Shown here piece by piece: positions 38,641 to 49,316 of a DNA stretch of 64,000 bases. How positions within the stretch are numbered: the stretch's first letter is position 1; every line of letters starts with the position of its first letter. The notes below the pieces were generated by a model that saw only the letters and a program-made list of their open reading frames with translations, was not told the origin of the DNA and made no database searches. Source of the DNA: an uncultured Eggerthellaceae bacterium (GTDB lineage: Bacteria > Actinomycetota > Coriobacteriia > Coriobacteriales > Eggerthellaceae); contig CAZOGL010000004.1 of the NCBI GenBank assembly GCA_964579575.1, positions 8,888 through 72,887 on the forward strand. The letters run 5' to 3'. The position numbers were made by a program, and so were the translations under genes.

Positions 38641-39979
38641 GCTAAGTGAGAAATTGCTTCAAGGCACGAGCAAGCCGGTCGCTAAGCCTGCCATGCTCGT
38701 TTTGGAGGATGGAGCCTCGTTTACGGGAACGGCATGCGGCGCCGAAGGTGAGACCTTTGGCGAGATTTGCTTCAATACCGCCCTGGAGGGGTATTTGGAG
38801 GTCATAACCGATCCGTCTTATGCGGGTCAGATCATCACCATGACCTATCCTCAGATTGGTAACTACGGTGTTTCCCGGGAGGATGTGCAACGCGACAAGC
38901 TCGCTCTTCGCGGTCTGGTAGTTCGCGACATGTGCACGACGCCGAGCAACTTCCGGTGTGATCTCTCCTTGCCGGAATTCCTTCTCGAGAACAATGTCGT
39001 AGCCATCGAGGGCGTCGATACCCGCGCGCTTGTCCGCCACGTGCGCGACAACGGAGCACAGCGAGCGGTGCTCTCCACCCTCGATACCGATTACGAGAGC
39101 CTGTTGGCCAAGGTTCGCGCAAGTAAGTCCATCGTCGGCCAAAACCTTATCCCGAGCGTCTCGTGTGACGCTCCCCATGCGCATCCGCTCTCCGCAAAGT
39201 TTTCCGGCTTTCTAGAGCCTTGCATGGAGTCGAAGTACAAGGTCGTCGCATACGATTGCGGCGCAAAGCGTGCCATTCTCGACAACCTCGTCCGCGTCGG
39301 TGCCGAGTTGACGGTGGTCCCTTGGGACACGCCCGCCGAAGAGGTCTTAGCGATGAACCCGGACGGCGTCTTCCTGTCAAACGGACCTGGCGACCCCGAT
39401 GCCGTCGAGGGCACCTATTCCCAGGTCGAGAAGTTGCTTGGCAAGGTTCCGATATTTGGCATCTGCCTTGGCCACCAGATGATTTGCAAGGCCTCAGGTG
39501 CCGAGATTGAGAAGTTGAAGTTCGGGCATCGCGGTGGAAACCAACCGGTCATGAACCTGCGAACCGGCCGCGTGGAGATCTCGGTACAAAACCACGGCTT
39601 CGGACTGGTTTTCCCGAGCCTCGGTGAACTTATTGGGGAGGAGAGCGGTGGTATCACCGAACACCCTGCGGATGGAGACCTGCGATTCTGGGTCGAGAAG
39701 CGTGTCGCTCCCGTGGTGAAAAACAAGCGTTTCGGACGCATCCAGCTCACCCATGTCAACTTGAACGACGGAACCCCTGAGGGCATCGCCTTGCTCGACA
39801 TACCGGCGTTTAGCGTGCAATACCATCCCGAGGCGGCTCCTGGTTCGACCGACTCCCACTATCTGTTCACTGCGTTTGCCCGCCTTATGGACGGACGCGA
39901 CGACTATCTCGATATCGATATCGCCTCTGACCGCTTGGCTGGATGGGCGTTCGGTTCCGAGAACGAGGAGGTTGAGTAA
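38633..39979 (+). CDS. carA: Carbamoyl-phosphate synthase small (glutaminase) subunit
   Basis: Homology starts near AMLVLEDG. I chose the TTG at 38633, 7 nt after GGAGGAGGGA, but the start is uncertain. GATase motif GICLGHQ. Confidence 0.88.
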   Translation: MSKLSEKLLQGTSKPVAKPAMLVLEDGASFTGTACGAEGETFGEICFNTALEGYLEVITDPSYAGQIITMTYPQIGNYGVSREDVQRDKLALRGLVVRDMCTTPSNFRCDLSLPEFLLENNVVAIEGVDTRALVRHVRDNGAQRAVLSTLDTDYESLLAKVRASKSIVGQNLIPSVSCDAPHAHPLSAKFSGFLEPCMESKYKVVAYDCGAKRAILDNLVRVGAELTVVPWDTPAEEVLAMNPDGVFLSNGPGDPDAVEGTYSQVEKLLGKVPIFGICLGHQMICKASGAEIEKLKFGHRGGNQPVMNLRTGRVEISVQNHGFGLVFPSLGELIGEESGGITEHPADGDLRFWVEKRVAPVVKNKRFGRIQLTHVNLNDGTPEGIALLDIPAFSVQYHPEAAPGSTDSHYLFTAFARLMDGRDDYLDIDIASDRLAGWAFGSENEEVE

Positions 39980-39981
39980 CC

Positions 39982-42900
39982 ATGCCAAAACGTGAAGATA
40001 TCAAGTCCATTCTCGTTATCGGTTCAGGTCCCATCGTCATCGGCCAAGCTTGCGAGTTTGACTATTCTGGTGCCCAAGCGTGCAAGGTACTTAAATCTGA
40101 CGGCTATCGTGTCATCCTTGTCAACAGCAACCCTGCCACAATCATGACCGACCCTGGCCTTGCGGACCGTACCTACGTCGAGCCCATCACCGCAGGCTTC
40201 ATCAAGAGTGTCATCGAGAAGGAGCGCCCTGACGCGTTGCTTCCCACTCTCGGCGGACAGACCGGCCTCAATGCCGCTGTCGAGCTTGCCAAGGAAGGCG
40301 TCCTTGACGAGTACGGCGTCGAGATGATCGGTTGCGACCTTGCCGCCATCGAACGCGGAGAGGATCGCAAGAAGTTTAACGAGGCTATGGCTGAGATTGG
40401 CGTGGAGGTTGCACGTAGCGGCTATGCCTATTCGTTGGATGACGCCATTCGCATCACCGACGAGCTTGGTTTCCCGGTCGTCCTTCGCCCAAGCTTCACC
40501 CTTGGAGGTGCGGGCGGCGGTATCGCGCACAATCCTGAGGAGCTCGAATCCATCGTCCTCAACGGCCTTGATTTGTCCCCGGTAAGCGAGGTGCTCGTCG
40601 AGGAGTCCATCGAGGGTTGGAAAGAGTACGAGATGGAGGTCATGCGTGACCGTGCTGGCAATGGCATAATCATCTGCTCTATCGAGAACCTCGACCCCAT
40701 GGGAGTACATACGGGTGACTCCATCACGGTAGCTCCGGCCCAGACGCTCTCGGACGTGGAATACCAGCGTATGCGCGTCGCAAGTCTTGCAATCCTCGAG
40801 AAAATCGGCGTTGAGACCGGCGGCTCGAATGTCCAATTCGCCGTCAACCCGGAAACGGGTCGCATGATCGTCATCGAGATGAATCCGCGCGTATCCCGCT
40901 CCTCTGCTCTCGCTTCCAAGGCGACGGGCTTCCCGATTGCGAAGTTTGCTGCGAAGCTTGCGGTTGGTTATACCTTAGACGAGGTTGTCAACGACATCAC
41001 GAAGGCAACACCTGCGGCGTTTGAGCCTTCGATCGACTATTGCGTCGTCAAGGTACCCCGCTTCGCGTTCGAAAAGTTCAAGGGCACCGACGACACGCTG
41101 ACGACCCGCATGAAGGCGGTCGGTGAGATCATGGCGATTGGCCGTACGTTCGAGGAGTCGCTCGGTAAGGCGATGCGCTCCTTGGAAAACGGTCGCTACG
41201 GTTTGGGGTGCGACGGCAAGGTCCTCCCCGGGACCGACGATCCCGAACAACTTCGCGCCAACGTCATCCGTCCCACTGCTGAGCGCATCTTCTACCTTGC
41301 TGAGGCGTTCCGCCAGGGTTGGACAGTGGAGGAGGCCTACACGGCAACCAAGATCGACCGCTTCTTCCTCAGCCGTATCCGCGACATGATCGTCATTCAG
41401 GAGAACCTGCGTGGCACGAAGCTTGAGGACATGGACTATGATGCCATGCTCCTTTGCAAGCGCTACGGCATGTCCGACGTCCAGATTGGCGAGTTGACCA
41501 ACTCCAACGAGCTCATGGTTCGTGCGGTCCGCAAGGTTCTTGGCGTCAAGCCCGCCTTCAAGACCGTCGATACGTGCGCTGCCGAGTTCCCAAGCTCCAC
41601 GGCATACCATTACAAGACCTACGATACCTGCGAGAGCGAGATTGCTCCCAAGACGCGCAAGCGCGCCATGATCTTAGGCGCTGGCCCGAACCGTATCGGC
41701 CAGGGCATCGAGTTCGACTATTGTTGCGTCCATGCCTCCTACGCACTTGCTGACGCCGGTTTTGAAACCATCATGGTTAATTGCAACCCTGAGACGGTAT
41801 CCACTGACTATGACACCTCTGACAAGCTCTATTTCGAGCCGTTGACGTTTGAGGACGTCATGGACATCGTCGACGTGGAACAACCCGATGGCGTCGTGGT
41901 CACGTTAGGAGGGCAGACTCCTCTCAAGCTTGCCAACGCTCTCAAGGAGGCTGGCGTCCATGTCATGGGAACCTCGCCTGAGGCAATCGATCTCGCTGAG
42001 GACCGCGACCATTTCGCAGCCATCCTCGATGAGCTCAAGATCACCTATCCTGCCGCCGGCATGGCCTCCACCTTTGACGAGGCTAAAAACGTTGCTCGCC
42101 AGATCGGCTTCCCGCTCCTCGTCCGTCCGAGCTACGTTTTGGGCGGCCGCGGCATGGCGATCGTCTACACCGACGACCAACTCCACAAGTACATGGCGGA
42201 GGCGACCAAGATCTCTCCTGACCATCCCGTGTATCTTGATCGCTTCCTCGAGTCTGCAGTCGAGCTTGACCTCGATTGCATCTGTGACGGCGAGGAGGTT
42301 TACATCGGTGGCGTCCTTGAGCACATCGAGATGGCCGGCATCCACTCCGGCGACTCAAGCTGTTGTATCCCGCCTTTCGCGATGTCCAAGACAAACCAAG
42401 ACGTACTTCGCGACATCGCTTGCAAACTTGCGTTGCGTCTCGGCGTCGTCGGTCTCTTGAACATCCAGTTTGCGTTCAAGGACCAAACCGCCTATGTCAT
42501 CGAGGCCAATCCCCGCGCAAGCCGTACCGTTCCGTTTGTCTCCAAGGCCACAGGTGTGCCTTTGGCCAAGGTCGCAGCGCGTGTCATGGCGGGCGAGAAG
42601 CTTCGTGACCTCGGTCTGCCCGATGACGATCGCAAGTTCAACCACTTCAGCGTCAAGGAAGCCGTATTGCCTTTCGGTCGATTCCCGGGTTCAGACACAA
42701 TCTTAGGTCCCGAGATGAAATCAACGGGCGAGGTCATGGGTATCGCCACCAACTTCCCCTCAGCATTTGCGAAGGGCCAACTTGCCGTCGATTCCAGCCT
42801 TCCCAAGGGCGGAACGGCCTTCATCTCGGTTTGCGACCGAGACAAGCGCTCGTTTGTGCCCATAGCACGCGATATCCAACGTCTTGGATTCAAAGTGGTT

Positions 42901-43212
42901 GCCACTGCTGGAACCGCTCAGACGCTGCTTGCGAACGCTATCGAGTGCGAGACCGTCGGCAAGGTTCACGAGGGCGAGGGCGGCATTCTTGACCGTATCG
43001 CCTCAGGTGAGGTGACGTTGATTATCAACACGCCCTTTGGCGAGAACACGCGCAGCGACGGATATCGCATCCGCGCCGCTGCCGTGCGCCATAACGTGAC
43101 GAACATGACGACGCTTGCCGGAGCCACGGCACTCGTCGCAGGCATGGAGGTTGCACGCCAACGTGCGCTCCAAGTCATCGCGTTGCAGGATTTGCCCCAA
43201 TGGGACATCTAA
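39982..43212 (+). CDS. carB: Carbamoyl-phosphate synthase large subunit
   Basis: 1076 aa. Duplicated ATP-grasp halves plus an MGS-like C-terminus. Confidence 0.97.
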   Translation: MPKREDIKSILVIGSGPIVIGQACEFDYSGAQACKVLKSDGYRVILVNSNPATIMTDPGLADRTYVEPITAGFIKSVIEKERPDALLPTLGGQTGLNAAVELAKEGVLDEYGVEMIGCDLAAIERGEDRKKFNEAMAEIGVEVARSGYAYSLDDAIRITDELGFPVVLRPSFTLGGAGGGIAHNPEELESIVLNGLDLSPVSEVLVEESIEGWKEYEMEVMRDRAGNGIIICSIENLDPMGVHTGDSITVAPAQTLSDVEYQRMRVASLAILEKIGVETGGSNVQFAVNPETGRMIVIEMNPRVSRSSALASKATGFPIAKFAAKLAVGYTLDEVVNDITKATPAAFEPSIDYCVVKVPRFAFEKFKGTDDTLTTRMKAVGEIMAIGRTFEESLGKAMRSLENGRYGLGCDGKVLPGTDDPEQLRANVIRPTAERIFYLAEAFRQGWTVEEAYTATKIDRFFLSRIRDMIVIQENLRGTKLEDMDYDAMLLCKRYGMSDVQIGELTNSNELMVRAVRKVLGVKPAFKTVDTCAAEFPSSTAYHYKTYDTCESEIAPKTRKRAMILGAGPNRIGQGIEFDYCCVHASYALADAGFETIMVNCNPETVSTDYDTSDKLYFEPLTFEDVMDIVDVEQPDGVVVTLGGQTPLKLANALKEAGVHVMGTSPEAIDLAEDRDHFAAILDELKITYPAAGMASTFDEAKNVARQIGFPLLVRPSYVLGGRGMAIVYTDDQLHKYMAEATKISPDHPVYLDRFLESAVELDLDCICDGEEVYIGGVLEHIEMAGIHSGDSSCCIPPFAMSKTNQDVLRDIACKLALRLGVVGLLNIQFAFKDQTAYVIEANPRASRTVPFVSKATGVPLAKVAARVMAGEKLRDLGLPDDDRKFNHFSVKEAVLPFGRFPGSDTILGPEMKSTGEVMGIATNFPSAFAKGQLAVDSSLPKGGTAFISVCDRDKRSFVPIARDIQRLGFKVVATAGTAQTLLANAIECETVGKVHEGEGGILDRIASGEVTLIINTPFGENTRSDGYRIRAAAVRHNVTNMTTLAGATALVAGMEVARQRALQVIALQDLPQWDI

Positions 43213-43363
43213 TCTTTTGATTGGAAACGATGCGCGCGGGCGCGAATTGGCGCACACTGACGCAAGTCGACGATTGGGTGATTTGATGGTCCGTGCGCAA
43301 AAGGTCGTCCGCGCGTATGCTTAGTCGCGTGAGTGCTCAGGTATTCACGCGTTGGGAGGAAAT

Positions 43364-44170
43364 GTGGCAAAGGTAACAGCAAAAGTAACAGCAAAAGTAA
43401 TAGAAGAGTCTGCCGAGCTTCTTCGCAATGAGAACCTTGGCCCTCGTTTGTATTTGATGACATTGAAGGCGCCTGGAATTTCCAGCACGGTCTTGCCTGG
43501 TCAATTCGTCCATATGAAGATTCCGGGCATGGACGACCATCCGCTCAGAAGGCCGTTTTCGGTCTATGCTGCAGATGACACGCTGGGGACCATTGATATC
43601 TTGTACCAGGTGGTCGGTTACGGAACCGATGTCATGACCGGCTTGCCTTTGGGCGCCACTTTGTCCTTAGTTGGGCCCGTCGGACATGGTTGGGTCGTGC
43701 CTGCTAGTGCAAAGAAGGTGCTTTTGGTAGGAGGGGGCGTCGGCGCGGCTCCGCTGTATATGCTTTGTGAGCATTGCGTAGCATCCGGCATAGAGACGAC
43801 GGTGGTCCTTGGAGCCGCTACCCACGGCATGCTGGTATGTCGCAAGCGTTATAGCGATCTACTCGGGAAAAATCCTCGATGTGCCACGGATGACGGAACC
43901 TACGGACATGCTGGCTTTTGTACGGGTCTCGTCGAGATGGCCTTGGATGAGGGCGGATATGATTGGGTTGCGACCTGCGGACCGACCCCTCTCATGAGGA
44001 TCGTCGCGGGCATGGCGGCCGACCATGGCGTCGCCTGCTCAGTGTCAATGGAGAAGAAGATGGCCTGCGGCATCGGTGCGTGTCTTGGCTGCATCGTCGA
44101 CACAACGGACGGCAACAAGCGTGCCTGCGTCGACGGTCCTGTGTTCCCTGCAGAGAAGGTGGTTTGGTGA
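43364..44170 (+). CDS. pyrK: Dihydroorotate dehydrogenase (class 1B) electron-transfer subunit
   Basis: FAD/NAD-binding fold (RRPFS, LVGGGVGAAP) and a C-terminal 2Fe-2S motif CGIGACLGC. The start is uncertain: GTG at 43364 or TTG at 43352 after GGGAGGA. Confidence 0.88.
   Translation: MAKVTAKVTAKVIEESAELLRNENLGPRLYLMTLKAPGISSTVLPGQFVHMKIPGMDDHPLRRPFSVYAADDTLGTIDILYQVVGYGTDVMTGLPLGATLSLVGPVGHGWVVPASAKKVLLVGGGVGAAPLYMLCEHCVASGIETTVVLGAATHGMLVCRKRYSDLLGKNPRCATDDGTYGHAGFCTGLVEMALDEGGYDWVATCGPTPLMRIVAGMAADHGVACSVSMEKKMACGIGACLGCIVDTTDGNKRACVDGPVFPAEKVVW
43367..43402 (+). repeat. In-frame 12-nt x3 tandem repeat at the pyrK 5' end
   Basis: gcaaaggtaaca / gcaaaagtaaca / gcaaaagtaata, encoding AKVT-AKVT-AKVI. 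Confidence 0.9.
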
Positions 44171-45084
44171 TGGCAGTCAATATGGCCGTCAACCTTGGTG
44201 GGTTGGCAATGAAAAACCCTGTCACCACCGGATCGGGCACGTTCGGCTCCGGCATGCAATTTGCCGATTTCCTCGACGTGTCAGAACTTGGAGCCGTAAC
44301 AACAAAGGGTGTCTCAAGCGTTCCTTGGGCCGGAGGCCCCATGCCCCGACTTGCTGAGACCCCCAGCGGCATGCTGAACGCCATCGGTCTTCAAAATCCT
44401 GGTGTCGACGTGTTTTTGGCAAAGGATCTTCCTTGGCTTGAGGAGCAAGGGGCTACCGTTATCGTCAACGTTTGCGGCCACAGCATCCCCGAATACGTTG
44501 AGTGCTTGGAGAAGCTTGGAGCATCAGATGTTCCTGATGCGTTCGAGATCAACTTGTCCTGCCCCAATGTCGATGCTGGCGGCATGGCGATCGGCACCGA
44601 TCCCGCGATGGTTGAGCAAGCGGTCAAGGCATGCCGTGCGATGACGGACAAGCCGCTCATCATCAAGCTGACGCCAAACGTTACCGATATCACCTCCATC
44701 GCCAAAGCTGCCGAGGTGGCAGGCGCTAACGCCGTCTCTCTTATCAACACCCTGCTCGGCATGGCGGTGGACATCCACAGCCGTCGCCCTCTGTTGGCTC
44801 GCGTCACCGGTGGCCTTTCCGGCCCCGCTATCAAGCCGGTCGCCCTCGCTAAGGTGTGGCAGACGAGCAAGGCTGTCTCCATCCCGATTCTTGGCATGGG
44901 TGGAATCTCTACTGGCGAGGATGCGGTGGAGTTCATGCTCGCAGGGGCCACAGCTGTTTCTGTCGGCACCGCGAATTTCGTTAACCCCCGCGCCACCATC
45001 GACGTTATCAACGGCATCCGTGACTATTGCGAGTCGCAAGGAGTTGAGGACGTCAACGAGTTGATTGGAGCATTGGAATGCTAG
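44170..45084 (+). CDS. pyrD: Dihydroorotate dehydrogenase class 1B catalytic subunit
   Basis: The ATG overlaps the pyrK stop (TGATG). The first 12 nt are duplicated (MAVN-MAVN), so the ATG at 44182 is an alternative start. Motifs NPVTTGSGTFG and GGISTGEDA. Confidence 0.93.
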   Translation: MAVNMAVNLGGLAMKNPVTTGSGTFGSGMQFADFLDVSELGAVTTKGVSSVPWAGGPMPRLAETPSGMLNAIGLQNPGVDVFLAKDLPWLEEQGATVIVNVCGHSIPEYVECLEKLGASDVPDAFEINLSCPNVDAGGMAIGTDPAMVEQAVKACRAMTDKPLIIKLTPNVTDITSIAKAAEVAGANAVSLINTLLGMAVDIHSRRPLLARVTGGLSGPAIKPVALAKVWQTSKAVSIPILGMGGISTGEDAVEFMLAGATAVSVGTANFVNPRATIDVINGIRDYCESQGVEDVNELIGALEC

Positions 45085-45809
45085 ATTTCCATGATGTGCC
45101 CGCAATCGAGCGCGTTATAGTCGCACTTGATTGCTCGGAGGAGGAGGCCTTGAGGATTGCTGCTTCCCTTGAGGGCAAGGCAAAATGGATGAAGGTGGGT
45201 ATGACCTTGTATTATGCCGCCGGACCCCGTATTGTCGAGGCCCTCAAGCAACGCGGGTTCAACGTCTTCCTCGATCTGAAGTTTTACGACATCCCTCACC
45301 AAGTCGAGGGAGCGGCCGCAGCTGCCGTCATGAGCGGCTCCGACATGATCACCATGCATGCGAGCGGTGGTGTCGCCATGATGGAGGCAGCGCAGAGAGG
45401 CGTGGAAAAGGCGGCGGCGCAACTTTGCCGCGAGGCGCCTATCACGCTTGGTATCACGGTGCTTACCAGCATGAACGACGAGTCGCTTAATGAAATTGGT
45501 GTGGAGCGAAATACGGTCGATCAGGTCAGGATGCTTGCGGGACTGACGGCGAAGGCGGGGATTTCCGGTGTCGTTTGCTCTCCCCAGGAAGTTCCCATGC
45601 TGCGTGAGGTCCTAGGGCCGGATGCCTATATCGTCACTCCTGGTGTTCGCCCTGCGGGAGCAGCCCTAGGTGACCAAAGTCGCGTGACCACCCCGAGACA
45701 GGCGTTCGAGAACGGCTCGTCTCACATTGTCGTTGGACGACCCATAACTGCCGCCCCTGACGCGCTTGCCGCATTCGAGGCAATCGCTGCTGAGTTGGCA
45801 GGGATGTAA
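45078..45809 (+). CDS. pyrF: Orotidine 5'-phosphate decarboxylase
   Basis: 243 aa. FLDLKFYDIP motif. Overlaps the pyrD stop. Confidence 0.93.
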   Translation: MLDFHDVPAIERVIVALDCSEEEALRIAASLEGKAKWMKVGMTLYYAAGPRIVEALKQRGFNVFLDLKFYDIPHQVEGAAAAAVMSGSDMITMHASGGVAMMEAAQRGVEKAAAQLCREAPITLGITVLTSMNDESLNEIGVERNTVDQVRMLAGLTAKAGISGVVCSPQEVPMLREVLGPDAYIVTPGVRPAGAALGDQSRVTTPRQAFENGSSHIVVGRPITAAPDALAAFEAIAAELAGM

Positions 45810-45959
45810 GCGCGATTTGTTGGGATTCACGAAAAAACCTCGCGCTTGAGCATGGATTTTTTTATGGAGACCCCCAAAAAAACGTATAGTGTTTTCGTGA
45901 ACAACTTTGGGTAAACCCAAGGTTTTAGAGTGTTTAAACAAACAGAGGAGAAGAGAACC

Positions 45960-46268
45960 ATGACCATTCCTACTCTTACCAAAGAAGAGCGTGCTGCCGC
46001 CCTTGAGAAGGCAAAGATGGCTCGCGCTAAGCGCGCTGAGATCCGTGAACAACTCCGTACTGGCAAGCTGAGCGTTGCCCAGGTTATCGACATGCGCGAG
46101 GATCCCATCGTCGGCCGCATGAAGGTTTCTGCCCTCATCGAGACCCTTCCTGGATATGGCAAGGCCAAGTCCGAGAAGGTCATGCGTGAGCTTAAGATCG
46201 CCGAGTCCCGCCGTCTGCGCGGCCTAGGCGAGCGTCAACGTGCTGATCTCATCGAGCGTTTGGGTTAA
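45960..46268 (+). CDS. mihF: Actinobacterial integration host factor mIHF
   Basis: ATG at 45960 after GAGGAG. Conserved pyrF-mihF-gmk-rpoZ order. C-terminal LRGLGERQRADLIE. Confidence 0.85.
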   Translation: MTIPTLTKEERAAALEKAKMARAKRAEIREQLRTGKLSVAQVIDMREDPIVGRMKVSALIETLPGYGKAKSEKVMRELKIAESRRLRGLGERQRADLIERLG

Positions 46269-46272
46269 TACG

Positions 46273-46839
46273 TTGAGAACCGGCAATTTGTTTGTCATAT
46301 CTGGCCCATCGGGTGCCGGCAAGGGCACCTTGGTGGGTCGTCTTTTGCAGGAGGTGCCTGACTGTTGGGTCAGCGTTTCCGCAACCACGCGACAACCGCG
46401 CGAGGGCGAGGTCGACGGGGTCAACTACCTTTTCAAGACACGCGATGAGTTCATGGAACTTGTAGCCCAAGACGGTTTTTTGGAGTGGGCCGAATATTCG
46501 GGCAATTGCTACGGTACGCCTGTGGCGCCCGTGCTTGAACACATGGAAAAGGGAGAGCAGGTCATTCTCGAAATCGAGGTGCAGGGCGCGTTCCAAATCC
46601 GCGAGAAGTTGCCCCAAGCCCACCTTGTCTTTATCGAGCCACCGTCATTCGAGGTCCTTGAGCAGCGCCTTCGCGGGAGAGGGGACAACGTTGACGAAAG
46701 TGTGATTCTTACCCGTTTGGAGACAGCAAGGGTGGAGCTTTCCAAGAAAATGGAGTATGATAAGCGGCTGGTAAATGACCAGCTTGAGGTTGCTCTCAAA
46801 GAGCTGGTAGATTACGTGAATGAAAACGCCGAACAATAG
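46273..46839 (+). CDS. gmk: Guanylate kinase
   Basis: P-loop ISGPSGAGKGT. The TTG start at 46273, just after the mihF stop, is an inference. Confidence 0.9.
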   Translation: MRTGNLFVISGPSGAGKGTLVGRLLQEVPDCWVSVSATTRQPREGEVDGVNYLFKTRDEFMELVAQDGFLEWAEYSGNCYGTPVAPVLEHMEKGEQVILEIEVQGAFQIREKLPQAHLVFIEPPSFEVLEQRLRGRGDNVDESVILTRLETARVELSKKMEYDKRLVNDQLEVALKELVDYVNENAEQ

Positions 46840-46855
46840 ACGAGGATAGAGCCGA

Positions 46856-47116
46856 ATGAGCATTATCGAACCAAAAATTGACAAGTTGCTTGACAAGACT
46901 GACAACGATCGTTTCCTGCTTTGCGCCCTTGCTTCCAAGCGTGCCTATGACATCAACGAGATGATGCACGGCCAACGTGAGCGTGCACTTCAACTTGAGT
47001 CTGCCGCTGAGATCGCTCGTGTTGCTGACAAGAAGCCCTTGTCTTTGGCTTTTGCTGAGATTGCTTCTGGCGACGTCTCCTACGATTCTGAATCCATCGA
47101 CATCAAGAACCATTAG
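46856..47116 (+). CDS. rpoZ: DNA-directed RNA polymerase subunit omega
   Basis: 86 aa. N-terminal DKLLDKTDNDRFLLCALASKRA is typical of omega. Confidence 0.9.
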   Translation: MSIIEPKIDKLLDKTDNDRFLLCALASKRAYDINEMMHGQRERALQLESAAEIARVADKKPLSLAFAEIASGDVSYDSESIDIKNH

Positions 47117-47125
47117 GATATTCTG

Positions 47126-47165
47126 AGCGACCGTCGTGAATGCGGCGGTCGCTTTGTATTCTTCA
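47126..47165 (+). terminator. Intrinsic terminator after rpoZ
   Basis: agcgaccg...cggtcgct stem followed by ttgtattcttc. Confidence 0.6.
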
Positions 47166-47235
47166 TCAAAGGAAAGGTGACTGTATTCCGCGTCGCCTTT
47201 TCTTTTCTCTGGACGTAAAAACTTGGGAGTACGAA

Positions 47236-48483
47236 ATGCCAACACCAGAAGTTGAATTCCAAAGCATCATATTGGTGCACTACCACGAGATTGGTCTCAA
47301 AGGCCACAACCGTGCGACGTTTGAGATGCGTCTTCTCAAAAACCTTGAGTCGCTTCTGAAGGATTACCCCCTTGTAACGATCCATCGTATCTCTGGACGT
47401 CTTTGCATCTTCCTCAAGGAAGGAACAGGATACGAGACGGTGGTCGAGGTATCTGAAATTGTTGCCCGAGTGCCTGGTGTGGCGCGCGTGTCGTGCGGGT
47501 TTAAGTGTGAGAGGGACATCGAGCAGATGGGTCATGCTGCAATCTTGGCGCTTAGGCAATCCGAGCCTTTTGAGACCTTCAAGGTCGCTGCCCGCCGAAA
47601 CCACACCGATTTCCCCATCAACTCGATGGAGATGAATCAACTGGTCGGGTCCATACTTTGTGAGAACTTTCCCGAGAAGAGCGTACGCATGAAGAACCCC
47701 GACGTCACGGTCGGTTGTGAGGTGGTGCAAAACGCCTCCTACGTGTACGCTCGAAGCATTCGCGCAATCGGAGGCTTGCCGGTCGGTAGCAGCGGGCGTG
47801 TCATGTGCCTTTTGTCCAGCGGGATTGATTCTCCTGTCGCGATGTGGCGCATGGCTCGACGCGGGGCGATCTGTCTTGGCGTGCACTTCTCCGGTCGTCC
47901 TCAAACCTCTGACGCAAGCGAGTATCTCGTTGACGAGATTGCGGAAGTGCTCGAGAAGACGGGGTGCGTAGCACGTGTGTATGTCGTGCCCTTCGGAGAC
48001 TACCAACGCGAAATCAGCTTGATTGTTCCGCCGCAGCTTCGTGTCATTATGTATCGCCGCCTCATGTTCAAGGTGGCCGAACAACTCGCCAAACAAGAGG
48101 GAGCTGGTGCGTTGGTAACAGGCGAGAGCCTCGGACAGGTTGCTTCGCAGACCTTGGAAAACCTCCGAGCAACCGATGAGAGCGTCGAGATGCCGATTTT
48201 CCGTCCTCTCATCGGGACAGACAAGATCGAAATCATCGACATGGCCCAACAACTCGGAACCTTCGAGATCTCCTCCCAAGACGCACCTGATTGCTGCACG
48301 CTGTTCATGCCGCGCTCTCCTGAGACGCACGCGAAACTCGACGAGGTGCACGAGGCTGAGTCTTTGCTTCCCCTCGACCAATGGATCCCCGAGATCGTTG
48401 CTTCCGCAGAGGCCCATGACTACGTATGCCCGTCGTACAAGAAGAGGAAACCTCGCAAAAAGGGGACAGATTCCGAACAATAA
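47236..48483 (+). CDS. thiI: tRNA 4-thiouridine synthase ThiI (no rhodanese domain)
   Basis: ATG at 47236 after GGGAG. THUMP region plus PP-loop LLSSGIDSPVA. Confidence 0.9.
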   Translation: MPTPEVEFQSIILVHYHEIGLKGHNRATFEMRLLKNLESLLKDYPLVTIHRISGRLCIFLKEGTGYETVVEVSEIVARVPGVARVSCGFKCERDIEQMGHAAILALRQSEPFETFKVAARRNHTDFPINSMEMNQLVGSILCENFPEKSVRMKNPDVTVGCEVVQNASYVYARSIRAIGGLPVGSSGRVMCLLSSGIDSPVAMWRMARRGAICLGVHFSGRPQTSDASEYLVDEIAEVLEKTGCVARVYVVPFGDYQREISLIVPPQLRVIMYRRLMFKVAEQLAKQEGAGALVTGESLGQVASQTLENLRATDESVEMPIFRPLIGTDKIEIIDMAQQLGTFEISSQDAPDCCTLFMPRSPETHAKLDEVHEAESLLPLDQWIPEIVASAEAHDYVCPSYKKRKPRKKGTDSEQ

Positions 48484-48500
48484 TCGGATGCAATCTTGAC

Positions 48501-48540
48501 AAATCCCGTACCTGGCGTTGCTCGGTACGGGATTTTTTTG
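48501..48540 (+). terminator. Intrinsic terminator after thiI
   Basis: Stem aaatcccgtacc ... ggtacgggattt followed by a T7 tract. Confidence 0.85.
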
Positions 48541-48657
48541 TGGCAAAACCGCGAGCGATAAAGGCTATGGGGCGGGATGGAGGAGAACAAATGAAGGAGC
48601 GGGATCAGGATATCGCCAAGCTATCCTGCTTTGCCAGGGAAGCAAGGAGGCAATTCG

Positions 48658-49308
48658 ATGTTCAAAGACGGCAAGTACGAGGAAGTCCCGTTCGGATTGG
48701 ACGAAGAGGAACGTCGTGAGGTTACAAAACCCCTGATGGTCGGTTTGGTAATCGTGTTGATAGCGCTGCTCGTGGGTACGGTTTTCGCCTTGAATACGTG
48801 CCGATCTACACCCAGCTACAGCATCACTACCGAAAACGAGAATACGTCAAGCAACGTCGACGAGCCGGTCACGAACCTCATCTACGTCCATGTCGTAGGT
48901 TGCGTAAACAATCCCGGGGTATACGCGGTGCCTTTTGGTTCGCATGTCGTCGACGTCATTGAGCGTGCCGGAGATTTCACCGAGGAGGCGGACACGACAT
49001 CGTTAAACCTTGCGAGAGAGGTTGTCGACGGGGAGCAAATACGTGTCGCTTCCACGTTAGAAGCCTCTTCCTCTGATGCAACGACAACCTCTTCGTCTCT
49101 GGGAATCAACGCCGAAGGCAAGGTGAATATCAACTACGCGACGACCGATGAGCTCCAGACCGTCAGCGGGATAGGGGAGGTGACTGCAAAGAAAATCGTA
49201 GAGGATCGCGAGAAGAACGGTCCGTTTACCTCTGTTGATGACCTGACGCGTGTCTCAGGTATAGGGGAGAAGACCCTAGAGAAGATGAGAAACTCCCTTA
49301 CCGTCTGA
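48658..49308 (+). CDS. comEA: ComEA family DNA-binding competence protein
   Basis: ATG at 48658 after AAGGAGG. N-terminal transmembrane helix, SLBB-like region, and C-terminal tandem helix-hairpin-helix (SGIGEVTAKKI, SGIGEKTLEKM). Confidence 0.88.
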   Translation: MFKDGKYEEVPFGLDEEERREVTKPLMVGLVIVLIALLVGTVFALNTCRSTPSYSITTENENTSSNVDEPVTNLIYVHVVGCVNNPGVYAVPFGSHVVDVIERAGDFTEEADTTSLNLAREVVDGEQIRVASTLEASSSDATTTSSSLGINAEGKVNINYATTDELQTVSGIGEVTAKKIVEDREKNGPFTSVDDLTRVSGIGEKTLEKMRNSLTV

Positions 49309-49316
49309 CTCTTCCT

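Noticed and set aside
43209-43463. 84-aa - strand ORF containing a run of ten leucines.
   Set aside because: The Leu run is simply the reverse complement of the pyrK AKVT 12-nt repeat. There is no RBS, and the ORF overlaps the pyrK start region.
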